Below are positions 8,758-17,561 of a stretch of DNA of 64,000 bases, piece after piece; the stretch's first letter is position 1, and every line of letters begins with the position of its first letter. Origin of the DNA: a bacterium (lineage in GTDB: Bacteria > UBA8248 > JACPRG01 > G963555815); assembly GCA_965218795.1 (NCBI GenBank), contig OZ244653.1:4864001-4928000 (forward strand). The letters run 5' to 3'. Below the pieces are notes generated by a model. It saw only the letters and a list, made by a program, of their open reading frames with translations, was not told where the DNA came from and made no database searches. Both the position numbers and the translations under genes were made by a program.

Positions 8758-10815
8758 CTACCGATCCACCTGAATCGCAAGGTTCCCGTAATCATCCACA
8801 GTGCAACGGGTACCGGGCGGCATGACGGTCGTCGTGTCGGGTTGTTCGATGATGGCGGGTCCGTCTACCGCGGCGCCGACGCCAAGCCTCTGCCGTTCGT
8901 AGATACCAGCATCCACGAATCCAGCGTCCCGGAACCACACCTTCCGGGAGGGTTTCCGCGCTTCATCGAGTGAACCCTTCCGGTCGATCCTGGGGAGGTC
9001 GGGTTTTTGAATCAGCCCCAGCGCGACGATGCGCAGGTTGACGATTTCCACAGGCGCGTAACCGGTCGGCAGCGTATAGCCGTACGCTTCTTTCATCGTG
9101 GCCTGAAAATCCTGGGTGATCCGATCGAGGCCCTCGACTCGTCCGGGAGGGATCTCGACAGTGAAAAAGCTGCTCTGGCTGAAGAATTTCACGTCGAAGT
9201 AGCGCTGGATGACCACCACCTCCTTCCCGATCCCCTCTCCCGTCAACATATCAAAGGCCCGCTGAGCGAGGCCGTCCAGTTCACCGTTCAATTCTTCGAA
9301 GTCGATCTCCTCTTCCATCTTATGGACCGCCGCGGTGAACTCATGCTTCACATCGACGCGAATGGCTCCCCAGGCGGATGCGTAACCCGGCAGGGGGGGG
9401 ATGATCACGGAAGTCGAGCCGATCTCTTTGGCAAGGTCGCAGGCGTACATCGCCCCGCCGCCTCCGTAAGGCACGATGGCGAAGTCCCGCGGATCCCAAC
9501 CGCGCGAGACGGTTTGAATCCGCATGGCCATCATCAGGTTGGTCATCGCCACCATATACATGTTGGCGGCGGCCTCCTCGGCGCTCCATCCGTAGTGTTT
9601 TCCGACCTTTTCCTTCAGTGCGTTGTAGGAGAGGCGTCCGTCCACCTTCATCTCGCCCCCCAGGAAGTAGTCGGGATCGATCCGGCCCAGGACAATTTGG
9701 CAGTCGGTGTTCGTGGCTTCCTCACCGCCCATGTTATAGCAGGCCGGACCGGGCACCGCCCCCATGCTTTGCGGCCCGACGTTCAGGATCTGCCCCTTGT
9801 CCACCCAGCCGATGCTCCCGCCCCCGGCGCCGATGTACACAGTGTCCACCGAAGGCAGGCAGCAGGGCACATTCCAAAGAATCTTCCATTCATGGGTGAT
9901 CGCGGGAGATCCCTTGTAGATCATCGACACATTATTGGTCGTGCCGCCGGTCTCGAACGCAATCACGTTTTCGAATCCCGCGAGGGATCCGATGTATCCC
10001 GCCATTCCGACGGCTCCGGACACGGGGGAGGAATGGAATGTCCGAGCCGGGAGCTTGAGGGCCTCCGCAACGCTGGTCACCCCTCCACCGCTGGTCGTGA
10101 CCAGGATGGGTCCTTCATAGGCCCAATCCTCCTTCAAACGCACGGCGAGACCGCGAAGGTAGTTTTTCAGAATGGGAGAGACGTAGGCGTTGAGAACGGT
10201 GGTGCACGTCCGCTCGAACTCGAGCATTTGAGGCAGCACTTCGAAGGAGATCGTAAGGTCCACGTCCGGAAGCTCTTCTTGAAGGATCTCACGCGTTCGC
10301 TGTTCGTGGCTGGGGTTCATGAATGAGTCGATATAGACGATCGCCACCGATTCGATGCCGCGCTTCTTGCACTTTCTCGCCGCCACGCGGACATCCTCTT
10401 CGTTCAGTGGGACGACCACTTCGCCGTACGGGCTGACCCGTTCCCGGACCGTGAGCACGTTACGCCGGGGGACGATCAGCTCAGGCGGGTCCCAGTCCAG
10501 CTCGAATGCAGAAATCCTCTCCGCCCTTCCTCCGCCCAGCACGTCCCGAAACCCGTCCGTGGTGATGAGGGCGGTCTTCACGCCCTTTCGCTCCAGGATG
10601 GCATTCGTTGAAACGGTTGCGCCATGCCGAAAGGAAATCGTCTCTTCACCCGACAGATTGGCCTTTCTGAGCCCATTGATGACGCCATCGAAGAATGTCG
10701 GCGGGGTCGACGGGACCTTCCCGAGTCGCTGCTCTCCGGTTTCGGTGTTGACTCCGATGACATCGGTAAAAGTCCCCCCGATATCGGTGCCGACGATCCA
10801 TTTTCCATTGACCAC
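8758..10815 (-). CDS. Hydantoinase A/oxoprolinase family ATP-binding subunit
   Basis: GTDIGGTFTD, HGATVSTNA, IGAGGGS, GPQSMGAVPGPACY and EQPDTTT motifs. Confidence 0.95.
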   Translation of the reverse strand: MVNGKWIVGTDIGGTFTDVIGVNTETGEQRLGKVPSTPPTFFDGVINGLRKANLSGEETISFRHGATVSTNAILERKGVKTALITTDGFRDVLGGGRAERISAFELDWDPPELIVPRRNVLTVRERVSPYGEVVVPLNEEDVRVAARKCKKRGIESVAIVYIDSFMNPSHEQRTREILQEELPDVDLTISFEVLPQMLEFERTCTTVLNAYVSPILKNYLRGLAVRLKEDWAYEGPILVTTSGGGVTSVAEALKLPARTFHSSPVSGAVGMAGYIGSLAGFENVIAFETGGTTNNVSMIYKGSPAITHEWKILWNVPCCLPSVDTVYIGAGGGSIGWVDKGQILNVGPQSMGAVPGPACYNMGGEEATNTDCQIVLGRIDPDYFLGGEMKVDGRLSYNALKEKVGKHYGWSAEEAAANMYMVAMTNLMMAMRIQTVSRGWDPRDFAIVPYGGGGAMYACDLAKEIGSTSVIIPPLPGYASAWGAIRVDVKHEFTAAVHKMEEEIDFEELNGELDGLAQRAFDMLTGEGIGKEVVVIQRYFDVKFFSQSSFFTVEIPPGRVEGLDRITQDFQATMKEAYGYTLPTGYAPVEIVNLRIVALGLIQKPDLPRIDRKGSLDEARKPSRKVWFRDAGFVDAGIYERQRLGVGAAVDGPAIIEQPDTTTVMPPGTRCTVDDYGNLAIQVDR

Positions 10816-11054
10816 TGGACTGGCTTCCTTTTCCCTTTCAGCCCCCGACCGAATCTCGAGTTCAAACGATGGAGGAGCGATTCATCCACGCATGGGGCGC
10901 GCTTCGTACCCCAGCCGGCAACTCAACCCCGGAGCGCAATCCCCGGGTCTTCCCGCTCGCAAAGGGCTTCATGAACGCCTCCGATCACAGCCATCGAAAA
11001 AGGATTGAATCAGGCCGGAACGGATGGAGCGATCCTCTCCGCCGCCTCCCGGCC

Positions 11055-11336
11055 TCAGCCCTCGGCGCTGCTTTTTTCCTTTTGGGCGGCATGTATTTCA
11101 TGGCGCGTGGCTCTCTCGGCCATGATGTGCTTGATGTAAACCTTCTGCTTGGGCCGTTTCCCCTTCAAGTAACGGTTCATGACGTCGCCCCCGAGACGGC
11201 CCCAGGCGGCCGGGTTCAAAACGACGGTCAGGTCGATATCTCCCTTCGCCGTCGCAACCAGCGCGAGAGGGGCACCGTTCATCCCGGTGATGATGCTTTC
11301 CCGGTTTTTTGCCGTCGCGGCGACCGCCTGGGTCAC
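11055..11336 (-). pseudogene. C-terminal fragment of a sugar-type (RbsB-like) ABC substrate-binding protein
   Basis: IITGMNGAPLALVATAKGDIDLTVVLNPAAWG resembles the PBP1 C-terminus. There is no signal peptide or N-terminal lobe. Confidence 0.55.
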
Positions 11337-11383
11337 TTCCCGGATTCAGCGATTGGCTCTTGTGTTCTTCTTCCTCATCGCAT

Positions 11384-11406
11384 AAAAAAGAATACTATTC
11401 TTTTTT
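11384..11406. promoter_or_regulatory. Perfect palindrome, likely TetR operator
   Basis: AAAAAAGAATA-C-TATTCTTTTTT (11-bp arms) in the divergent intergenic region upstream of the TetR gene. Confidence 0.6.
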
Positions 11407-11459
11407 TGATCGGTAGGTCAACATGTAAATCCCGGCTTGTTTGACGAAAATATAACGAA

Positions 11460-12056
11460 ATGCCACAGGTCAAAAAGGCTGCGGTACGAGACGCGATCAT
11501 GAACAGCGCTTGTGAATTGTTCATGGAGCGGGGCTATGCGAACACAACCCTCGCCGACATCGGAGACGCGGCAGGGGTGACCATTTCCAACATCTACAAT
11601 TACTTCGAATCAAAGCTCGATATTCTGTTCGCCGTCTACGCCCCCTGGCTGGACGAACGCCTGGACCGCCTTGTCGCCGAAGTAGAAGCCATCCATGAAC
11701 CTCGCGACAGGCTGCGCAAGGTATTCCTGACCCTGTTGCGTGATATCCCCGCGGAGAACGGGGGGTTCACCAACAACCTCCTGCAAGCGCTCTCCACCCG
11801 CAAGGAGGATGAGGTCTATTCGAGAGACCTGTTGCTCCGGTCCGAAGCCAAGGTCTCCTCCATCTTTCTCGAGATCCTTCCTCAACCCACTCGCCGGTTT
11901 GCCGATGGCAACCTGCTCTCCCATTTGCTCTTCATGGCCTTTGACGGGTTCGCCATCAACTATAAGCTGAATGGTGGATCCCAACAGGCGGAAGCCATAT
12001 CCGATATGCTGTCGGATCTCATCCTCAGCTCTCCCCCAGACGTAGACACTCGCTGA
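11460..12056 (+). CDS. TetR/AcrR family transcriptional regulator
   Basis: N-terminal HTH: LFMERGYANTTLADIGDAAGVTISNIYNYFESK. Confidence 0.95.
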   Translation: MPQVKKAAVRDAIMNSACELFMERGYANTTLADIGDAAGVTISNIYNYFESKLDILFAVYAPWLDERLDRLVAEVEAIHEPRDRLRKVFLTLLRDIPAENGGFTNNLLQALSTRKEDEVYSRDLLLRSEAKVSSIFLEILPQPTRRFADGNLLSHLLFMAFDGFAINYKLNGGSQQAEAISDMLSDLILSSPPDVDTR

Positions 12057-12089
12057 ATTTCCCTGAATCACCCGGTTTCGGGGACGGTT

Positions 12090-12290
12090 CGGCCCGCCAC
12101 CCGCCTCGTTCAACAAAGTCGCGATGTTTTGGAAGACTTGACGGGCTTGGCCTGCAAAATTTTCGGATTCGAACTCCTCTTTTTCGTTCCAGCCCACCAT
12201 GCCGGCGAGGAAGATCATTTTGCCTTTTGCCGTCATTCCGTTGCTGTACCCTCTGGGGCGAGGCCAATCCGGGGGCTGAAGTATCTCCAC
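12090..12290 (-). pseudogene. Truncated RidA/YjgF family protein
   Basis: VEILQPPDWPRPRGYSNG...IFLAGMVGW...FAGQARQVFQNIATLLNEAGGGP. Homology then stops, so the C-terminal half is missing. Confidence 0.8.
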
Positions 12291-12387
12291 GATTAACTCT
12301 TTGTGCTTGATTTGTTGAGGTCGCGTTTCATTTCGATACTGCGCCACATGATGGGTCGTGCTCTGCGCAAAACTTCCTGTCGCCCGA

Positions 12388-12450
12388 AAATTATATTTCA
12401 TAAATAAATATTATAAAAATAAAAATTTTAAGATTATAATAAATTTGGGA
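12388..12450. promoter_or_regulatory. AT-rich divergent promoter/operator region between the RidA remnant and the SDR-MarR operon
   Basis: About 60 nt almost pure A/T, including TATAAT, in a GC-rich background. Confidence 0.5.
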
Positions 12451-12475
12451 TATTCGACGAGGGAAGCGAAGCCAA

Positions 12476-13285
12476 ATGTCCAAATCGGAATCCAACGCTG
12501 AAGGATCAAAGCCTCTGGATGATTGCCATGCTCTGATCACTGGAGGGTCCCGGGGGATCGGTGCGGCTTGTGCCGAGGCGATTGCCGGGGCAGGCGGATC
12601 GGTCACTCTCGTAGGGCGGACGGAGAAGACCTTGCAGATCCGATGCAATGAGCTGAGGGCGGGCTACGGGGTCAAGACCTCATCCGTTGTCTGTGATGTC
12701 ACCGATATGGAAAAGATTCCAGATGCCGTTGAGCGCGCCCGGGCAGACCTTGGACCGATCAGCATCCTCGTGAACAACGCGGGTGGAGTTCAAAGCGCTC
12801 CGTTTTCCCGGACCACGAGCGAGAATTGGGAAGAAACCCTCGCCCTGAATTTGACGAGCACGTTCGCTTTCACCCGGTCCGTGCTGCCCGACATGCTTGC
12901 GCAGGATTTCGGGCGGGTCGTGAACATTGCGTCGACGGCCGGCCTCAGGGGGTATGCCTACGTCACCGCTTATTGCGCGGCCAAGCACGGGGTGATCGGC
13001 ATGACGCGGGCCCTCGCAAGGGAGCTGGCCCGGACAAGGGTTACGGTCAACGCGGTCTGCCCCGGTTTTACCGACACCGATTTGATCGGGCAGACCGTGG
13101 ACACAATCACGTCAGCGACCGGCCGGAGCCGGGAGGAGGCCCTCGGGGCATTGAAAGCCATGAATCCTCAGGGGCGCCTCATCCGGCCAGGGGAAGTGGG
13201 AGATGTCGTCGCCTGGTTGTGCCATCCGAACTCCGGGTCCATGACGGGCTTGTCCGTTCCCGTGGATGGAGGCGAATTATCGTAA
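12476..13285 (+). CDS. SDR family NAD(P)-dependent oxidoreductase (abm-cluster 3-hydroxyacyl-CoA dehydrogenase-like)
   Basis: TGGSRGIG, NNAG, YCAAKHG and NAVCPG motifs. Confidence 0.95.
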   Translation: MSKSESNAEGSKPLDDCHALITGGSRGIGAACAEAIAGAGGSVTLVGRTEKTLQIRCNELRAGYGVKTSSVVCDVTDMEKIPDAVERARADLGPISILVNNAGGVQSAPFSRTTSENWEETLALNLTSTFAFTRSVLPDMLAQDFGRVVNIASTAGLRGYAYVTAYCAAKHGVIGMTRALARELARTRVTVNAVCPGFTDTDLIGQTVDTITSATGRSREEALGALKAMNPQGRLIRPGEVGDVVAWLCHPNSGSMTGLSVPVDGGELS

Positions 13286-13812
13286 TGGCCGAAATGGCGG
13301 ACAGTCTGACCGACACCCTGGATCTTGAATCCTCCGTAACGAAGGACGACCATCTGCAGTTGCGCGTCTGGCTTCGTCTCTTGACCTGCGCGACTCTGAT
13401 CGAACGGGAAATACGCAAAGGGTTGCGGGAGGATTTCACCACAACGCTTCCCCGGTACGATGCCCTCGCCCAACTGGAGCGCAGCCCCAACGGACTGACG
13501 ATGGGGCAGTTGTCCCGGCGGATGATGGTCAGCAACGGAAATGTGACCGGGGTGGTTGACGGACTCGTGAGCGAGGGCCTCGCCGAACGGCTGGCTGTGC
13601 CGGGCGATCGTCGGGCCAGCTACGTCCGGATGACGCGCAAGGGGAACCAGGAATTCAACCGGATCACGCCCATCCACCATTCCTGGATTCGCGATATGCT
13701 GGAGGAGATGGGCCGGTCGGAGCTGACTCTTCTGTTCAACGCGCTCGGCGATCTCAAGTCATCCATATTGACCCATCTGGAGCAGGAGAAAGGGAATCCG
13801 GAGGCGACGTAG
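13285..13812 (+). CDS. MarR family transcriptional regulator
   Basis: LRVWLRLLTC...TTLPRYDALAQL...LSRRMMVSNGNVTGVVD...DRRA. The ATG overlaps the SDR stop (TAATG). Confidence 0.92.
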   Translation: MAEMADSLTDTLDLESSVTKDDHLQLRVWLRLLTCATLIEREIRKGLREDFTTTLPRYDALAQLERSPNGLTMGQLSRRMMVSNGNVTGVVDGLVSEGLAERLAVPGDRRASYVRMTRKGNQEFNRITPIHHSWIRDMLEEMGRSELTLLFNALGDLKSSILTHLEQEKGNPEAT

Positions 13813-14199
13813 ATGAAAAAGCTGAAAGGCGCTGAGTTCAAGCCCGGGTACTTCCGGTGGGAGGTCCGAGACCGTGTTGCCACGATCAGGACGGGTGGAA
13901 CATCACGGGAGACGTATGCACCCGGGCCCGGAGTCGAAAGCGCCTTGCTCGAGCATCACAAGGTCAAGGAATGCGCGGTCGTCGCCGCCCCGGATCCCGT
14001 TCGCGGACACATCGTCAAGGCCTTTGTCGTGTTGGAAAATCCGGGAGAGAGGACGCCCGAAACCGTCGAAGAGCTCCAAACCTTCGTCAAGAGCCGAATC
14101 GCGCCTTACGAATATCCACGGGGGGTTGAATTCCTCGATAGTCTCCCAAAAACGCAGAGCGGCAAGTTGCAGCGATTCAAGCTGCGGGAGCCCTCATGA
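13813..14199 (+). pseudogene. Chimeric remnant: enoyl-CoA hydratase N-terminus fused to an aromatic acid-CoA ligase C-terminus
   Basis: MKKLKGAEFKPGYFRWEVRDRVATI (crotonase-like start) is joined to GPGVESALLEH...ECAVV...IAPYEYPR...LPKTQSGKLQRFKLRE (AMP-binding C domain). Confidence 0.75.
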
Positions 14200-14226
14200 G
14201 TCGGAGGGGGGGAGTGGTCGCAGGCG

Positions 14227-14395
14227 ATGAAGATTGCGTGTATCGCCGCCGGCCGCGCCGACACCTGCGTGATTGCCCGGATGCATCTTGTTCGATCCCT
14301 ATTGGACACGCCACGCGGCCAACGGGTTCGGCTACCCCCTCCCCATGCCCAACCAGTACAAAGCCGTCGAGGTCTGCACGCCGAGATGGATGTAA
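14227..14395 (+). pseudogene. Collapsed 2-aminobenzoyl-CoA monooxygenase/reductase (AbmA/salicylyl-CoA 5-hydroxylase-like) remnant
   Basis: MKIACI (N-terminus) is fused to IAAGRADTCVIARMHL, then a frameshift gives FDPYWTRHAANGFGYPLPMPNQY...PRWM* (C-terminus). Not in the ORF track. Confidence 0.7.
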
Positions 14396-14439
14396 TCTGA
14401 CCCGGTTCCCTGGACCAGGAACACAGCCCGAGAGAGAAC

Positions 14440-15981
14440 CTACTTGGGCAGGTCCCAGCTTTCCTCCATCGGGTATGTCAGCCGGTCGAGTTTTCGGGGA
14501 AGATAACGGCCGTGGCCGTGCTCGCCGGAGACCTGGTCCCCTTCGAATATGACCTTTCCCCTGCAGATCGTCATCGAGGGCCACCCCTTGATCTGTCGCC
14601 CTTCGTAAATCGTAAAGTCGGCATAGGACCGCATCCTATCCGCCGTAAAGGTCATTTCCTTATCCATGTCCAGGATCACCAGATCGGCGTCCGCGCCCGC
14701 CCGCAAGGATCCCTTTTTCGGGAACAGGCCGAATGTCTTGGCTGGGTTCTCGCAGCAAATCTCCACAACGCGCTCCAGGGAGAGCCGGCCTTTGTGGACG
14801 CCTTCACTCAGCATGAGAGGAAGCAGGGTCTGCATCCCCACGAAGCCCGAGCCGGTCGACCATACGTCATCCCGCGGATCCGTGGTCCGGTCCCCGGTAT
14901 CCCCGCGGACAAATTTTTCATGGATGCTCGTGACCACGTGGTCCGTCCCCATGCAGGCGACCCGTCCGTCCTGGACCCCTTCCCAGAGCGCCGCATTGTG
15001 GGATTCGTCGCGAATGGGGGGGTTGACCTTGAGCGCCCGGGCGTTGGGCTGGCCGCCGATCTTCGGTTCATCGTTCTTGGTCATGATGAGATACTGAGGA
15101 CAGGTCTCCACGATGATTTGACAGCCCTTTTTTCTCATCTCGTCACAGGCCTCAAGGCCGTCCGCAGTGGACAGGTGGAGGATATAAAAACGGCACCCCG
15201 CCTTCATGGAGAAGAGACCGTAACGGTAGATATGCTCGGCCTCGCACCATGGCGGACAGCGGTCCGTCCACGCGGGACCGTCCGTCCGGCCCTCCTTCCG
15301 CAGCCGGTTCATCACGGCGGTCGCGACTTCGGTGTTCTCATTGTGAATCAGGGCCAGCCCGGCCGGTCCGAGCTTTCCGATGTGCTCGAACCCGGTCCAG
15401 AACAATCCGTCGTCGTAATCCCCCGGCATCCCCATCCGATATTTCCATTTGGGCGCAACGTTCGCCGTCTTCGGCTCCCGCAGATTCGCGTAGAATTTCC
15501 ACGAAGGAATCCCGTACTGATGCGCCGCATTCGGGATATCGTCGCATTGCTCATCGGTGCTGATGTATGGAGTGTAGAAGAAGTCGATGATGGAGGACTC
15601 CTCCCCGATGTCCCTGGCCACGGGAAGGCGTTCCGTCCACGGACGGGCGTCCTCTTCGGTGACGAATTCCTTGTATTCCCGGTCCGCCCTTCCCGCGCCG
15701 TGCATGACTCCCATGGTCGTCACGCCGCCGACGGCGGCCCCGGGAGTCTCGGTGGTGAAATCCTGCTCCAGAAGATATTTTCCGCCGATATGGGTGTGAG
15801 GGTCGACGACGCCCGGGATGACGTAGCTTCCCTCGGCGTCGATGACCCGCTCGGCGGGAGGAAGATCCGAACCCGTGGTGATGCTCGAGATGCGATCGCC
15901 CTCGATGACGATACTCGCCATTTGGCTGCCGGCGGGTGAGACAATCCGCGCGTTGCGCACGATCAGATCAGCTCCTGCCAT
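14440..15981 (-). CDS. Cyclic amidohydrolase (dihydropyrimidinase/allantoinase/dihydroorotase family)
   Basis: DPHTH, WKFY (carbamylated Lys), IHNEN, ILHLST, ETCPQYL, KVNPPIR, GTDH and ENPAKTFGLFPKKG motifs. Confidence 0.92.
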   Translation of the reverse strand: MAGADLIVRNARIVSPAGSQMASIVIEGDRISSITTGSDLPPAERVIDAEGSYVIPGVVDPHTHIGGKYLLEQDFTTETPGAAVGGVTTMGVMHGAGRADREYKEFVTEEDARPWTERLPVARDIGEESSIIDFFYTPYISTDEQCDDIPNAAHQYGIPSWKFYANLREPKTANVAPKWKYRMGMPGDYDDGLFWTGFEHIGKLGPAGLALIHNENTEVATAVMNRLRKEGRTDGPAWTDRCPPWCEAEHIYRYGLFSMKAGCRFYILHLSTADGLEACDEMRKKGCQIIVETCPQYLIMTKNDEPKIGGQPNARALKVNPPIRDESHNAALWEGVQDGRVACMGTDHVVTSIHEKFVRGDTGDRTTDPRDDVWSTGSGFVGMQTLLPLMLSEGVHKGRLSLERVVEICCENPAKTFGLFPKKGSLRAGADADLVILDMDKEMTFTADRMRSYADFTIYEGRQIKGWPSMTICRGKVIFEGDQVSGEHGHGRYLPRKLDRLTYPMEESWDLPK

Positions 15982-16076
15982 TGTTCTTTCTCCCAGGAAT
16001 CTCGGGGTTCAGGTGAGTCCAGCGAATGTTTGCACTGCGTGCAATCCACGCTGACGGCCTGCTGATGGGTAATAAT

Positions 16077-17438
16077 TCATTTTTCCGTGAATGTCGAAAG
16101 GTCCGGAACGTTCTCCACTCCGGGAACATAGGTTACATCCGCAAACGACTGACCGAAAGGCCGCGTCGCATCCATTCCCATCACGGCCGAGTAACCCGGC
16201 AAAGGGGTCGAAGGATCCTCCGGGGCTGCCCCCACGGCGGGAACGATGATGACGTCCCGGTCCGGCTGAACCCGGGTCGTGATGGCCCAGTTCATCTGAA
16301 ATTCATCGTAGATATCGATGTCTTCGTCTACGGCCACCGCCATCTTGGGACGCTTCGCGCTTCCCAGCGATGCCAGAATCACGTTTCTCGGTTGCCCCTT
16401 GTACCGTGGGGTCAAAGAAACGTAACAAGTGTACTCGCAGCAGCCGGAGGCCGGAAAGTGAACCGCCTGGACCTCGGGAAACTTCTGCTTCAACTCACCG
16501 TACACGGTCACCTCGTTCGGGAGCTGCTTCAGGAAGTGATTGTCCGACATCGGCATGCCGCTCAGTCCGGCATGGAAGACGGGATTTTCTCGATGCGTAA
16601 TGGCCGTGACCTCGATGACAGGCTTCGGCGCTTTCCCGCAGTAGTACCCGCAGAACTCGGCGAAGGGCCCCTCGTCCTCGCGCACGTGGGGTGAAAGACG
16701 GCCCTCGATGACAATCTCGCTCGTGGCCGGGACTTCCAAATCCACGGTTCGGCAACGAACAACTTCCACGGGCCTGCCCCGCAGCCCGCCGGCCAAAGAA
16801 AGCTCATTCACCCCGTAGGGCGCCTTGATCTGCGTCGCCATGAGAATGGCCGGATCGACCCCGAGGGCTACGGCGATTTCCAGAGGCTCCCCCTTCGCTT
16901 CCGCCTTACGATACATCAGCGAGGCGTCTTGAAAGACCGCCGCCGCGAAGCCCAGACGATGGTTTCCCATGAGCTGGTTGATGTAGATGGCGGCGTTTTT
17001 GCCGCCGGTCTCGGCGTCCTTCGTTATGTGCACCCCCAGGGTAATGTAAGGTCCGCCGTCTTTTTCGTAATACGTCGGGATGGGCAGGCGGCGAAGGTCC
17101 GCGGCCTCACCCTCCAGGACGACTTCCTGACACGGTCCCTGATCGAACAGAACGGGATCGAGGGGGGAGCGAATCCCATCGTAGAATCGGTCGAGCGCCT
17201 CATCATGGGAAAATTCGAGTCCGCGAAGGGTCCGCCGCCTCGTCGCAAAGACGGCTCCGACGACCGGCATGTCATAGCCTTTGACGTTTTCGAACCACAG
17301 GGCCGGTCCCTGTTCGTTCGAAGTCTTTCGCAGATAAGCGGCGATTTCGTGAGAGACGTCAACCGGCTCCGTCACCCGGACGATTTCCCCCTCCTGCTCT
17401 AAAGATTCCAGAAAATCCCTGGGATCATCAAAGGGCAT
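16077..17438 (-). CDS. UbiD family protein (divergent active site)
   Basis: DPRDFLESLE, DGGPYIT, EGPFAEFCGYY, VDEDID, WAITTR and MGMDATRP motifs. Confidence 0.93.
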   Translation of the reverse strand: MPFDDPRDFLESLEQEGEIVRVTEPVDVSHEIAAYLRKTSNEQGPALWFENVKGYDMPVVGAVFATRRRTLRGLEFSHDEALDRFYDGIRSPLDPVLFDQGPCQEVVLEGEAADLRRLPIPTYYEKDGGPYITLGVHITKDAETGGKNAAIYINQLMGNHRLGFAAAVFQDASLMYRKAEAKGEPLEIAVALGVDPAILMATQIKAPYGVNELSLAGGLRGRPVEVVRCRTVDLEVPATSEIVIEGRLSPHVREDEGPFAEFCGYYCGKAPKPVIEVTAITHRENPVFHAGLSGMPMSDNHFLKQLPNEVTVYGELKQKFPEVQAVHFPASGCCEYTCYVSLTPRYKGQPRNVILASLGSAKRPKMAVAVDEDIDIYDEFQMNWAITTRVQPDRDVIIVPAVGAAPEDPSTPLPGYSAVMGMDATRPFGQSFADVTYVPGVENVPDLSTFTEK

Positions 17439-17561
17439 CGTTGGTATGCCTTGCTCGATAGAGTCCGGGGTCCCCCTGGCGGGTGACGGTGAGTATCAGC
17501 ATTTCGAGAGAATCAGGGGAGGACGCCGTTCGCGGCGAGGATCTGCATTCGCCGCACCCCG

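Noticed and set aside
11610-12401. 263-aa minus ORF as a full gene
   Set aside because: Only ~67 aa are RidA-like and the rest is antisense to TetR.
12826-13284. Long N-terminal extension of the MarR ORF
   Set aside because: It overlaps the SDR in another frame. The real start is the coupled ATG at 13285.
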